A DNA stretch of 42,543 nt, taken from the IMG/VR virus record IMGVR_UViG_3300027674_000003, positions 1 to 42,543 of that record; one strand, 5' to 3'. The stretch is from a virus. Made by a program: the position numbers and the translations under genes. Every line of letters begins with the position of its first letter. The stretch's first letter is position 1. Under the pieces are notes generated by a model, which did no database searches, had not been told where the DNA came from, and saw only the letters and a list, made by a program, of their open reading frames with translations. Of the stretch, positions 1 through 7,929 are shown piece by piece.

Positions 1-99
1 CTGACAAAGATCGTGTGCGCGTTCGCGGCGCTATTGGCGAGCGTCACGATTCCGGCGAGGCTGTTATCTGTACCAGCGGAATAATTCCCATTGATGTCA
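1..99. repeat. Terminal direct repeat copy A (99 bp), identical to 42445..42543
   Basis: Base-by-base comparison: ctgacaaagatcgtgtgcgc...cccattgatgtca occurs at both window ends. Confidence 0.95.
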
Positions 100-854
100 A
101 AAAAGGAAACGACGGGGCCACCGATTGTACTTTTGAAATTTAAGAGGTTTCCTGTTGCACCGGTCGAACCCACAATCGTAAATGGGACTCTTGTTGAGTT
201 AGTACCAATAGAAGTTGTTTGCGTCACAGAAATTCCAGACAATGCATCCCATGAAAAACACGTGTAATTGTTATTAGCATCGCTCACAGCGCCACCACCA
301 CAAAAAAGCGCCAAACCTGCGTCTGAAATTTGCATGTTAAGTAAGGAATCCGCAGCACCTTTGGCAACGTTTGCTACTCGATTCGTTACAACTAATCCTA
401 ATGGAGCTAAAGCGGCACTTTCCTGTTCAATGTTTACTAAAGCAACTTGTGCAGCCGGGTCAAATGATCCAGCACCGCTCCCTTGAATAGTCAACGGCGA
501 AGTGACCGAACCAGTGCCTCCATTTTTAATGTCTAAAAGGTTTCCAGCAAACGTCAAGGCGCTCGATCCACCAATCGTATTCGCCGCAGACCCTACGGCA
601 ACCTGCGTGTTGGCGATAGTCCCGGCAATCGTGCCGGGACCGCCGCTCCCTACCACCCAAACACCAAACTTACAGGAATAGATTATTCCTGTTGTGTTGT
701 CCGTGTCGATCGCTCCCGATGCGCAAGCTCCTGCCGGCACACCGGTGCTGAAAAGCGTATTCGCCCCGCCTGGGACGGCAACGGCTTGCGCGCGAATCAA
801 ACAGGGAACGGCCAGTGAAAACAGAATCGCCAGAAATAGAGCAACGCATTTCAA
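1..854 (-). CDS. Fibre-like exported protein, N-terminal part of a junction-spanning gene (854->1 continues 42444->41517; 593 aa in total)
   Basis: Manual translation shows the minus frame open from 896 to 3, in phase with ORF 41517..42491 across the junction. The TTG start at 854..852 overlaps the TGA of the upstream gene (TTGA), with GAGG 9 nt upstream. The N-terminus is MKCVALFLAILFSLAVPCLIRAQA, followed by Gly/Thr/Ala/Asn-rich sequence. Confidence 0.7.
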   Translation of the reverse strand, partial: MKCVALFLAILFSLAVPCLIRAQAVAVPGGANTLFSTGVPAGACASGAIDTDNTTGIIYSCKFGVWVVGSGGPGTIAGTIANTQVAVGSAANTIGGSSALTFAGNLLDIKNGGTGSVTSPLTIQGSGAGSFDPAAQVALVNIEQESAALAPLGLVVTNRVANVAKGAADSLLNMQISDAGLALFCGGGAVSDANNNYTCFSWDALSGISVTQTTSIGTNSTRVPFTIVGSTGATGNLLNFKSTIGGPVVSFFDINGNYSAGTDNSLAGIVTLANSAANAHTIFV

Positions 855-1276
855 TTTGCCGCGCCTCGTTTGCCCATGAAGATGCGCCCAAGGATCCTAG
901 TTGTCGCATCCCCGCCGGTTAAGGCGATGATGTTCAAGCGCACGAAGTTGGTCTGTTTGTTCGTCACATGGCGCTGCGTGCTGGCTACGCCCGCGAAAGT
1001 GTCCATCTGTCCCGCCGTGGCTACTCCCGGCTGCGCCGTGGCGATTGTAAACTGCTGGTCGAGGGATTCCTCTAGGTCCACTTCGAGGGTTGCGGGCGCC
1101 GTGCCGGTGATGATCAAATCCCAGGTGTAATCCCGCGCGGCCGTGTCGCCGGGAATTGCAAACGGCTGGCCGATTTGCCCCGCCGCCGCCGCTACCGTCC
1201 CGGGAAGCGACACGTTCAACTGTCCATCTACCGCCCGCTGGATGCTCGCCGAGGTTCCCGCTACTTGTGCCGCCAT
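851..1276 (-). CDS. Hypothetical late protein (141 aa)
   Basis: ATG at 1276 is preceded by an AGGA RBS. The stop overlaps the TTG start of the fibre-like gene. Ala/Gly/Thr-rich; no motif recognised. Confidence 0.6.
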   Translation of the reverse strand: MAAQVAGTSASIQRAVDGQLNVSLPGTVAAAAGQIGQPFAIPGDTAARDYTWDLIITGTAPATLEVDLEESLDQQFTIATAQPGVATAGQMDTFAGVASTQRHVTNKQTNFVRLNIIALTGGDATTRILGRIFMGKRGAAN

Positions 1277-1290
1277 CGGTTCCTACTTTC

Positions 1291-1653
1291 TCAGTAACAG
1301 CCGTCCACGTCGGCGAGCAAGAGATAGAAATTCTCTTCGCCGAGTTGGTCTTGTTCAAGTCTTTTGGCCTTGGCTGCTTGTTCGGCGTTCAACTGCCGCC
1401 GGATGTGCGTTGCGTTGATGCAGTTGAGGCACAGGTCCCGCTCGATCGCTCTACGCGCGAGAAACAAATCGCGGTTGCGCCAGCCTTGCCGCTCCTGGCG
1501 CAGCGTCAGATTCTTGCCTTCGGCCAGATACTCGATCACGACTCGGACGGTATGAGAAATCCTTTGCACGAGTTCGCCGTGCGGGTTTTGCTCGTCGGGA
1601 ATCATCTCTACCATTGGGTTGTCTTCGACTCCGCAGTTGGCGCAGGTTTTCAC
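1291..1653 (-). CDS. Hypothetical Cys-pair protein (120 aa)
   Basis: GTG start at 1653. CANC near the N-terminus and CLNC later suggest a zinc ribbon. No family recognised. Confidence 0.5.
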   Translation of the reverse strand: MKTCANCGVEDNPMVEMIPDEQNPHGELVQRISHTVRVVIEYLAEGKNLTLRQERQGWRNRDLFLARRAIERDLCLNCINATHIRRQLNAEQAAKAKRLEQDQLGEENFYLLLADVDGCY

Positions 1654-1682
1654 CGCTTGACTGTCTCACGTTTGTCGAAAGT

Positions 1683-1898
1683 TTAACCGCGCATTCCCGA
1701 GCGCTGTGCCGCATTTGCAAACTCGAAGCGGTCACACCAGCCCTTCGCGGCTATCGGAGACTGTACACTCTCGCATCTTGGGGGCTCGTCCTTGATGAAA
1801 TGCTCGCACACGCTGCAATGGCGCCCGGGATGCGCTGAGACGCCCAGGTACTCGACGCTCGCGTGAGAGAGTTTGTCGGTCGCGGCGCGTTCGGTCAA
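1683..1898 (-). CDS. Hypothetical small protein (71 aa) ending in NAAQRSGMRG
   Basis: TTG start overlaps the terL stop (TTGA 1895..1898). Contains a CSVC...C...C cysteine set. The C-terminal decapeptide matches the N-termini of 35736..35975 and 35984..36268. Confidence 0.5.
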   Translation of the reverse strand: MTERAATDKLSHASVEYLGVSAHPGRHCSVCEHFIKDEPPRCESVQSPIAAKGWCDRFEFANAAQRSGMRG

Positions 1899-3316
1899 TG
1901 CGCTCTCGCTTCTTTTTCGTCATGCTGCGCGCGCCTGGCTGCGTCGGCGTACTCTTCTGGCATTTGGTCTAGCGGGATTCGTGTCACCGCTGGCCGGCTC
2001 ATGAGGCCGTACCTGCAAGTGTCGGGCGCGTGGTCTTCGCCGTCGGTGTCCAGATCGTCGGTATTGTGTGCGTCATAGACGAGTGTCGGAAGCGTGCGGA
2101 TGAAATTCGAGCAATTCTCGAACGCCTGGAACATCGGCAACCGCGTGTACACGCCCTTTTCGTTTCGCTCCCAGTGCAGGTATTGCCTCATCTGGCTCCA
2201 GCCCGCTTGCCGGTCGTTGGCCGCCTTGATGCACGGCCAGCCCGCTTCTTGTAGCTGTTCGGCATCGGATTTGCCTATCTGAATCTCCTTCTCGGCCGGG
2301 AAGCATGACGGGTCGAGCACTCGATAGCCTATCGCTTCGCCCGCCGAAAGCCTCGCCGCTTCCTTTCCGATGCGCTCGTTGGTCCAGTGGCGTTCGTAGA
2401 ATTCGCGGTAGGCGAACACACGGGCCTCCGGGCTCACCGCGAACCACAGGATGCACGCGGGGGAAGCATATCCCCAGTCCATCGCCGCGAATCTCTTCCA
2501 ATAGCTCGGGATCTTGAACGGTTTGCAGGTATGTAAAGCCGTTCTCCATTCGGCGAAAAACTGCCCCTGGAACAAGTCCCAACGCCCTTCGGCGTAGGCG
2601 CTTCTCAGTGGCTCGGGCAAGCTCAATAGATCGGCGTAGTAGCTTGCTCGAAGGTGCGGGTTGTCGGTGCACAGCGCTTGTATGAAATAGAATTGGCTCT
2701 CGTAGGGTTTCAGTTCCTCGGGGAAGTCCTTGTCCAGCCAATAGCGTCTCACCCATCCGTGTCCCTTGCCTCCGGGGTTCGTGCCGCCCGCGAACGGGAG
2801 ATTTACTTCGTCGCCTAGTCCCGGCCACCGGATTCTCTTTCGCAGTTCATCGAAGATGTTTCCCACGTCCTGCTGCTTCTTTTCCGGGTTGCGCGTGAGC
2901 TCGTCAACGAATACCGCCATGAATTCGACGGAATTGTACTTGCTCGTGTCGTCCAGGTTGCGCAGCATAATCATGCCGCCGCCCCAGGTCGCATCCAGTT
3001 CGAACACTAAGCCGTCCGCTTCGGTGCGGTGCAGTCTGCCCAGCCATCGCGGAAACTCGCTCTTGATTCTGCTGATTTGCCGGTCGGCCAGGCTGGGATA
3101 GTCTTCGCAGAACAGCGCTACCTTGCCGGCCACAATGCCATACGCTTTCCACATATAAATCAAGAACCAGACGGCTCCCCAGCGCAGAATGTAGCTCTTG
3201 CCGCCGCCGGCGGCGCCGCCGTAGAGAATGAATCTGAACCTTAGGAGCGCTTCGAGGAATTCCAGTTGCTTGCGGGTGGGCCTGATGACGTCGCGGATGA
3301 AATCCAGGGCTCTCAC
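1895..3316 (-). CDS. terL: Terminase large subunit
   Basis: 473 aa. Walker A GGAAGGGKS near the N-terminus, Walker B-like MAVFVDE, and a C-terminal nuclease-type AAMDWGY motif. GTG start directly after the TAA of the upstream small-terminase-like gene. Confidence 0.9.
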   Translation of the reverse strand: MRALDFIRDVIRPTRKQLEFLEALLRFRFILYGGAAGGGKSYILRWGAVWFLIYMWKAYGIVAGKVALFCEDYPSLADRQISRIKSEFPRWLGRLHRTEADGLVFELDATWGGGMIMLRNLDDTSKYNSVEFMAVFVDELTRNPEKKQQDVGNIFDELRKRIRWPGLGDEVNLPFAGGTNPGGKGHGWVRRYWLDKDFPEELKPYESQFYFIQALCTDNPHLRASYYADLLSLPEPLRSAYAEGRWDLFQGQFFAEWRTALHTCKPFKIPSYWKRFAAMDWGYASPACILWFAVSPEARVFAYREFYERHWTNERIGKEAARLSAGEAIGYRVLDPSCFPAEKEIQIGKSDAEQLQEAGWPCIKAANDRQAGWSQMRQYLHWERNEKGVYTRLPMFQAFENCSNFIRTLPTLVYDAHNTDDLDTDGEDHAPDTCRYGLMSRPAVTRIPLDQMPEEYADAARRAQHDEKEARAH

Positions 3317-3958
3317 TTACTCTTTTTTGTGTCCACTGCCTTTCGCTGCGTCGCGTAGGCTGCTGCGAGTGATTGCGCTCTCGGGTGTCCCGCCGCCAGC
3401 ATTTCCTTGAGGTTGGTTTTGAAAGCCTGGTCGGAGCTCGATCGTTCGAGGGGCATAGTCTTCTCCTTCGTACTGGCTCAGATCGGTGTTGAATATCACA
3501 GTTACTGGATTTACCGGGAGTTGCCTTTCCTTCACGGCCGGATATTCGTCGCGCAGCTTGTTTATCTCGATTGTCGCCCCGAGCTGCGTCCCTGAATCTA
3601 CGAAGATGTCCCACTGTTCTTCGCCAGGGTTCCACTTGGGCATTCGCGCTTCGCGCAGCGCCGCAAGTTTGCGCGCTTGGCTCGCCGCGTCCACACCTAG
3701 CATTTCGAGACAGTCTGCTACCCGAAGATTGAGCGCACGCACCAGACGCCAGGCGCTTGTTTTGGCATATGCCGGGGTCATCCCTATGGCTCGAGCTGCA
3801 CGCGCGGCGTTGCCCTTGCTTTCGATGTACGCCTCGCGAAATGCTTCTAGCCGTTCTGGTTTGATCCTTGAGGGATGGAAGTCCAGTAGTTCTCCTACAC
3901 TTTTCTTTTTGGGGAATTGTGGCCGCTGCGTTCGTGATGGCCGCCTAGATTTCTTCAT
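3317..3958 (-). CDS. terS: Terminase small subunit-like DNA-binding protein (213 aa from MKKSRRPS)
   Basis: Basic N-terminus followed by the HTH-like segment GNAARAARAIGMTPAYAKTSAWRLV. Sits immediately upstream of terL. The track ORF extends to 4051, but that extension covers a promoter-like site and an 11-bp hairpin. Confidence 0.55.
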   Translation of the reverse strand: MKKSRRPSRTQRPQFPKKKSVGELLDFHPSRIKPERLEAFREAYIESKGNAARAARAIGMTPAYAKTSAWRLVRALNLRVADCLEMLGVDAASQARKLAALREARMPKWNPGEEQWDIFVDSGTQLGATIEINKLRDEYPAVKERQLPVNPVTVIFNTDLSQYEGEDYAPRTIELRPGFQNQPQGNAGGGTPESAITRSSLRDAAKGSGHKKE

Positions 3959-3989
3959 GGCTTGGTCGGCGGCGCATCGGGGAAAGTTT

Positions 3990-4033
3990 ACGGCATCCGG
4001 GTATGTGCTTGGGAGAACACAACCGGATGCCGT
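3990..4033 (-). promoter_or_regulatory. Perfect 11-bp inverted repeat (ACGGCATCCGG / CCGGATGCCGT, 22-nt loop) in the leader of the terminase operon
   Basis: Arms at 3990..4000 and 4023..4033 are exact reverse complements. It lies between the promoter-like site and the terS ATG. Confidence 0.6.
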
Positions 4034-4065
4034 GCCTCTTCCCTCGATCATCCTGCCTGCTTGGG

Positions 4066-4094
4066 GTTATCCGTTATTTCTGGGTGGGTGTCAA
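4066..4094 (-). promoter_or_regulatory. Sigma70-like promoter candidate for the late/terminase operon
   Basis: Minus strand reads TTGACA (4094..4089), a 17-nt spacer, then GATAAC (4071..4066). It sits in the 195-bp gap between the early and late genes. Confidence 0.45.
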
Positions 4095-4153
4095 TTGGGA
4101 AGTGTTTTCAGTTTGCCGGGCCGGGCTCGATTGTTACGCTGCGGTCTTCCAGC

Positions 4154-4465
4154 CTACCCCCGGCCCGGACCTTCCTTACTCCCACTTTTACCCTCTGCTT
4201 CGCTTTCAGGAATTGCATGCGTCTCCTTTTCGCGTTCGATGTGATTTAGGAATCTTCTGCCCAGTTCGGTCCCTTGGATCGGCCACATCCCCGCGCCGTA
4301 GTTGTACATCTTCTCAAATTCGAGCATAGCTGCGGCAACCACATCGCGCTGCGTTTGTCTTGCCTTCGCGTACCCCGCCCTATAGCCCAGGTAGATTGCC
4401 AGCCCAAACAGCGCTCCCATGGACAGCGCCAGCATCGCGTACATGGTTATCAGCATTTCACGCAT
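4154..4465 (-). CDS. Small membrane protein (103 aa)
   Basis: N-terminal hydrophobic helix MLITMYAMLALSMGALFGLAIYLGY. ATG at 4465 overlaps the upstream gene by 8 nt. Confidence 0.6.
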   Translation of the reverse strand: MREMLITMYAMLALSMGALFGLAIYLGYRAGYAKARQTQRDVVAAAMLEFEKMYNYGAGMWPIQGTELGRRFLNHIEREKETHAIPESEAEGKSGSKEGPGRG

Positions 4466-4634
4466 TTTTGCTCTCCTTTAGCGCGTTGAGGTAGTCTCGG
4501 ACAGCATCCCTACTGATTCTGAAGCGTTCGGCCAGCATGGTTACGCTTATGCCTGCCTCGCGCGCTTCCTTCATCCGGCGGACTTCTTCGGCGTTTAGTT
4601 TCTTTGGCTTCGCGTGTTTGATTCGGGTGTTCAT
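4458..4634 (-). CDS. Small HTH DNA-binding protein (58 aa)
   Basis: Starts at MNTRIKH, with an ATGA overlap to the upstream stop (4631..4634). HTH-like segment GISVTMLAERFRISRDAVRDYL. The longer track ORF (to 4847) overlaps the neighbouring gene. Confidence 0.6.
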   Translation of the reverse strand: MNTRIKHAKPKKLNAEEVRRMKEAREAGISVTMLAERFRISRDAVRDYLNALKESKNA

Positions 4635-4819
4635 TCCAGCAGCGCTTTCAGTTCGTCCGATTTGCTTTGAATCCACTTCAGCCTCTCCAGCGCTTCGGCT
4701 GCCGTTATCGCCTGCTTTCGCTGTGGGTCGATGGCTCTTTGGTAGTTGCGGCAAACTTCCTGACCGATGCGCTCCAGCGCCAGTAGGCGCCGCCTTGCTT
4801 CCTTGATCGCCGCGGCCAT
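4631..4819 (-). CDS. Hypothetical coiled-coil protein (62 aa)
   Basis: ATG at 4819. Helical heptad-like sequence. The stop overlaps the next ATG. Confidence 0.55.
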   Translation of the reverse strand: MAAAIKEARRRLLALERIGQEVCRNYQRAIDPQRKQAITAAEALERLKWIQSKSDELKALLE

Positions 4820-4886
4820 ACTCCCGAGCCTTTCCTCGAGTTTGCATACCTTGTCGCCTTCAACAAGCCCCGGCGGATTACCGCTA

Positions 4887-5090
4887 TCACGAGTTCGAGT
4901 TCGGGATCGGCTGGGGTGGTTTGGCCTTTGAGCATAACTGCTTCCGGTTCCGCCATGTGTGCGGGCCTCGCTTTCTCTCTTTTTCCGCTTCTTCGTGGCC
5001 TGTACGGCCTTCCTTGCGGGCTGCTGCTAGATCGCCTTGTCGCTTTTGATAGCTTTGCCGCTCGTCGGCGGTCATGCGGCGGATGCTCAT
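4887..5090 (-). CDS. Hypothetical basic protein (67 aa), weak call
   Basis: ATG at 5090 forms ATGA with the stop of the upstream wHTH gene. The C-terminal half overlaps another ORF (4705..4956), so the extent is uncertain. Confidence 0.3.
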   Translation of the reverse strand: MSIRRMTADERQSYQKRQGDLAAARKEGRTGHEEAEKERKRGPHTWRNRKQLCSKAKPPQPIPNSNS

Positions 5091-5578
5091 GCGGCTTGGA
5101 GCTTTTTCCGCTGGTCCTTGGTCATTTGCCGCCACGCTTCCCAAGTAACGCTTTTCGGGATGCGGTGCTCGTCACGCAAGGCTAGGAATTCTTTGTATTC
5201 TTTCTTCACGGCTCCCCCTTCTGGCCATAGGGCAAGCTGGCTCTTTCTCTTACTTATACTATTAGTCTCCGTGAAACATTGTTGCGTAGCGCAACGTCTG
5301 CTTTTCTTCGCCCTGGCCATTTTCAAAATCCGGTAAGTGTTTGCCTGTCCTGTCTTTGTGGCTTTTAATATCTCGATTTCGCCGATTTCCTGCAAGATTC
5401 TCAAAGCGCGCCAAATTGTGATCCGGTGTTGCCCAGTGAAACGTGCCAAAGTGCTCGTTTTGGGGTAAGCATTTTCGCCCTTTTCGTCGCTGTAATAAGC
5501 AATCGCAATTAGGACAGCAACCGCCCGGCCTTTCGCTCTCGAGTTCTTAAACACCCAGGACACAGCCTCTTGGCTCAC
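5087..5578 (-). CDS. Winged-helix/HTH DNA-binding protein, replication-initiator-like (163 aa)
   Basis: Segment YPKTSTLARFTGQHRITIWRALRILQEIGEIEI is typical of a wHTH. The GTG at 5578 has a GGGGGAG RBS, whereas the track start (TTG 5593) abuts the hairpin. Confidence 0.55.
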   Translation of the reverse strand: MSQEAVSWVFKNSRAKGRAVAVLIAIAYYSDEKGENAYPKTSTLARFTGQHRITIWRALRILQEIGEIEILKATKTGQANTYRILKMARAKKSRRCATQQCFTETNSISKRKSQLALWPEGGAVKKEYKEFLALRDEHRIPKSVTWEAWRQMTKDQRKKLQAA

Positions 5579-5598
5579 TCGCTCCCCCTGCAATTCAA

Positions 5599-5629
5599 CC
5601 GGCGGCGTTTCCCCTTGAAACGCCGCCGG
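5599..5629 (-). terminator. Strong GC-rich hairpin (13-bp perfect stem, 5-nt loop), intrinsic-terminator or attenuator candidate
   Basis: CCGGCGGCGTTTC / GAAACGCCGCCGG. On the minus strand it is followed by TTGAATTG. It lies between the stop of 5673..6068 and the start of the wHTH gene. Confidence 0.55.
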
Positions 5630-5672
5630 CCTTCCCCTCGGTAGTCCAGCCCTGGTCTACCTCGGGATCTCG

Positions 5673-6068
5673 CTAGGCTGCTGCTAATCCAGCGGGCGCG
5701 ATGGTCTGCACGTTCAAGATGTCCACGATCGCGTTCGTTAGCTTTTGAATGTAGGCAGTGTCTACCGTAAGACCTTCCGCCTTCAAGAGTTGAGTCACTA
5801 CGGGCTCGACTGTCGAGAGCACATCGGCTGATTTTTGAAGACCAGTTCCCGAGGCTTGGCCTCCTGCCGCCATCTTTTGCTCGGCGAGCACAACTGCCTT
5901 TTGAATCAGCGCTACCGAGTTCACTACTCCCGTGATAACTGCCGTCTGCGCCGGGAAAATAGCTTCGGCCAGGACGGCTGCCTTCGGGAGATACTTTTCC
6001 ACTTCGGTCAGGACCAGCAAACAGTCCCGGCCGATTGCTTCCATGATTGTCAAAAACTTGTTCGTCAT
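5673..6068 (-). CDS. Hypothetical protein (131 aa)
   Basis: Coherent Ala/Val/Leu-rich ORF with an ATG start. No motif recognised. Confidence 0.6.
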   Translation of the reverse strand: MTNKFLTIMEAIGRDCLLVLTEVEKYLPKAAVLAEAIFPAQTAVITGVVNSVALIQKAVVLAEQKMAAGGQASGTGLQKSADVLSTVEPVVTQLLKAEGLTVDTAYIQKLTNAIVDILNVQTIAPAGLAAA

Positions 6069-6101
6069 TCGTTTTGCTCCCTCAGTCTTACGATTGGACT
6101 C

Positions 6102-6758
6102 CTAAAACCCGATTGCCCCTCGCAAACTCCAGGTGAAATTTACGATTGCCTTTAGGCTGTGCCACGCGCCGCGCACGGGAGTGAGTTCCCGGTGCACAAA
6201 AGCCGCGGCATCGGTGCTCATCGCGTGCGTGTCCTTGGCAATGCCTTGCACGTCGGTCATGGTGGCGTCGAGCTTGTCCAACGAGGCCACGGCGGGTGCG
6301 GCGAGTGCGTCAAGATGCTCCAAGCTATTTTGACCAGCCACCACCAGAGAGCGCAGAGAATTATCGCTATCGGCAAGTAGAGTACCGCCAGTGTCAAGAT
6401 CACGGCCCACTTTTGCCAGGTCATCGTTTGCTCCTTTCACGGCCGTATCTGCGTCATCTAGGATTGCGTTCGCCTTTCTTAGTAGCTGCGCCTTCTCTGC
6501 CTGGGTGAGCATGTCGTGACGTGAAGCGTTCAGAAGTCCCGCCATTTCGGCTTCGGTGCGCGTCGTGTTTGTTTCGATGGCCTGAATTGACGCTAAGGCC
6601 ACTGCCATGCCCACCAGTGCATTATTCGCGTTTTTTACTAGTGTGGCCTCGTCGCGCCTTAGATCGCCCAGCAACGGCAGCGCGCGCGCCATGACGGCCC
6701 CAATGGCGAGCGCCGCTAAACACAGCCAAATCGTTTTGATGGATTCGTAGGTGGTCAC
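6102..6758 (-). CDS. Membrane-anchored coiled-coil protein (218 aa)
   Basis: N-terminal TM segment IWLCLAALAIGAVMARALPLL, followed by a long Ala/Asp/Leu helical region. GTG start at 6758. Confidence 0.6.
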   Translation of the reverse strand: MTTYESIKTIWLCLAALAIGAVMARALPLLGDLRRDEATLVKNANNALVGMAVALASIQAIETNTTRTEAEMAGLLNASRHDMLTQAEKAQLLRKANAILDDADTAVKGANDDLAKVGRDLDTGGTLLADSDNSLRSLVVAGQNSLEHLDALAAPAVASLDKLDATMTDVQGIAKDTHAMSTDAAAFVHRELTPVRGAWHSLKAIVNFTWSLRGAIGF

Positions 6759-6862
6759 GGCTTCGGCTCGTCCTCAAAACTTACAGCAATCCTTCTGCCT
6801 TGAATGTAAAGGCGCTCCCGAACGGCTCCGGTTTAGCGCCCTCCCCGGCCTCGTTCGTCCTT

Positions 6863-7111
6863 TTAGTTGTGTGGTTTGTCATTGCCAAGTTCCTCTAAAT
6901 CCTTCCTGAGTTGTTGCAGTCGCTCCTTTTTCTCTATTTCCTTAACTCGCTCTCGCTCCTCCAATTTTCTTGCATGGATTTCATCACTATCCGGATTAAC
7001 ATAGCCTTGTTGGTTGCGGTAAACGTTCAGGGGCGTTGATCGGCTTCGCCCACACCTCACGCAAGTCATTAAGCTACTATAATATCCGTCACTCCATACA
7101 TGCTCGCACAT
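6863..7111 (-). CDS. Small Cys-containing protein (82 aa)
   Basis: ATG at 7111 with GGAG 5 nt upstream. MCEHVW...CVRCG cysteines, then a Glu/Lys-rich helical tail. Confidence 0.55.
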   Translation of the reverse strand: MCEHVWSDGYYSSLMTCVRCGRSRSTPLNVYRNQQGYVNPDSDEIHARKLEERERVKEIEKKERLQQLRKDLEELGNDKPHN

Positions 7112-7113
7112 AG

Positions 7114-7275
7114 TTACTCCAACCCCGCCCATCGTTGAGCGGTCTCGTGTTTCTGTCCCGGCCATGCTTTCGGCAAGGTCCAGTCATGAAACTTCCAAGC
7201 CCACACCCGCCCAAAGGAAATACCGATGAGAGGGTGTGCTATCAAATGGTGAGCTAACTGCCAGAATCGTCGCAT
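7114..7275 (-). CDS. Hypothetical small protein (53 aa)
   Basis: ATG at 7275 with GAGGAG 5 nt upstream. This is shorter than the track ORF 7114..7350. Confidence 0.45.
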   Translation of the reverse strand: MRRFWQLAHHLIAHPLIGISFGRVWAWKFHDWTLPKAWPGQKHETAQRWAGLE

Positions 7276-7412
7276 TTCTTCTCCTCGGGTTGGGCATCTC
7301 TTTTTACGGCGATTACTTTGTACTCTCGTAAAAAGGCACATTCCCAGCATTTCTGATCGTCGTTTCCGTGGGTGCAGATTCCTTCGCCAAGATAGCTATT
7401 CCTTCCATACAT
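7254..7412 (-). CDS. Hypothetical small Cys-rich protein (52 aa), below the ORF-track size cutoff
   Basis: Manual translation gives MYGRNSYLGEGICTHGNDDQKCWECAFLREYKVIAVKRDAQPEEKKCDDSGS. There is a GAGGAGG RBS 6 nt upstream of the ATG at 7412. Confidence 0.5.
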   Translation of the reverse strand: MYGRNSYLGEGICTHGNDDQKCWECAFLREYKVIAVKRDAQPEEKKCDDSGS

Positions 7413-7467
7413 ATGCAGCCTCCTCAAATCCTACCAGAATCCTTACCTGCGAAATACTTTGGCTTAC

Positions 7468-7929
7468 TCATAGATTTTGAATCCTCGCAGCTATCGCCGC
7501 AGCCATCCATGAAGATTCTAGCTTTGTGATTGGAACGTCCCAGTTATCCCAGACTTGATGGACCGCTTCCTTTTTCGTCTGCTCCCGCATCTCCCGCCTG
7601 GCGTCCTCGACCCAGGCGCAGCGGGAGGCCACGTCCAAATAGCCTTCCGCGGCGCTAGCCAGTTCAGCGCAGAGGGTGCAATGACCAACAAAGATCATCT
7701 TTCGATTAGGATTAGTCGCCTCAGCAGTACAAATAGGAGTAGTTGAAATTTCCTCTTGGCCAGAAATCCAGAACATCCTCGGATGCTTCCCGCAAGGTCC
7801 TGGCGAACGCAGTTCGGCTTCGAGTTGATCGGCACAAACTCCTATAGCGTGTGCAATTTGCGCATCTTCGTAGCAACTATTCCGCTTTATTTTCCGCCAT
7901 TTCTCAACCAACTCTTCAAGCGTATTCAT
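7468..7929 (-). CDS. Hypothetical protein (153 aa)
   Basis: ATGA overlap with the upstream stop (7926..7929). Several Cys residues; no family recognised. Confidence 0.6.
   Translation of the reverse strand: MNTLEELVEKWRKIKRNSCYEDAQIAHAIGVCADQLEAELRSPGPCGKHPRMFWISGQEEISTTPICTAEATNPNRKMIFVGHCTLCAELASAAEGYLDVASRCAWVEDARREMREQTKKEAVHQVWDNWDVPITKLESSWMAAAIAARIQNL

Noticed and set aside
3959-4051. The longer terS start at 4051 (MIEGRG...)
   Set aside because: The extension would be translated through the 11-bp perfect hairpin and would start only about 8-10 nt from the predicted transcription start, with no spaced RBS. MKKSRRPS at 3958 gives a typical basic terS N-terminus. The longer form cannot be fully excluded.
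4705-4956. An 83-aa minus-strand ORF overlapping both 4887..5090 and 4631..4819
   Set aside because: It overlaps two neighbours by 70 and 115 nt, and its C-terminal half is Arg/Ser/Trp-rich. I could not decide between this ORF and 4887..5090 by eye, so the interval 4820..5087 remains poorly resolved.
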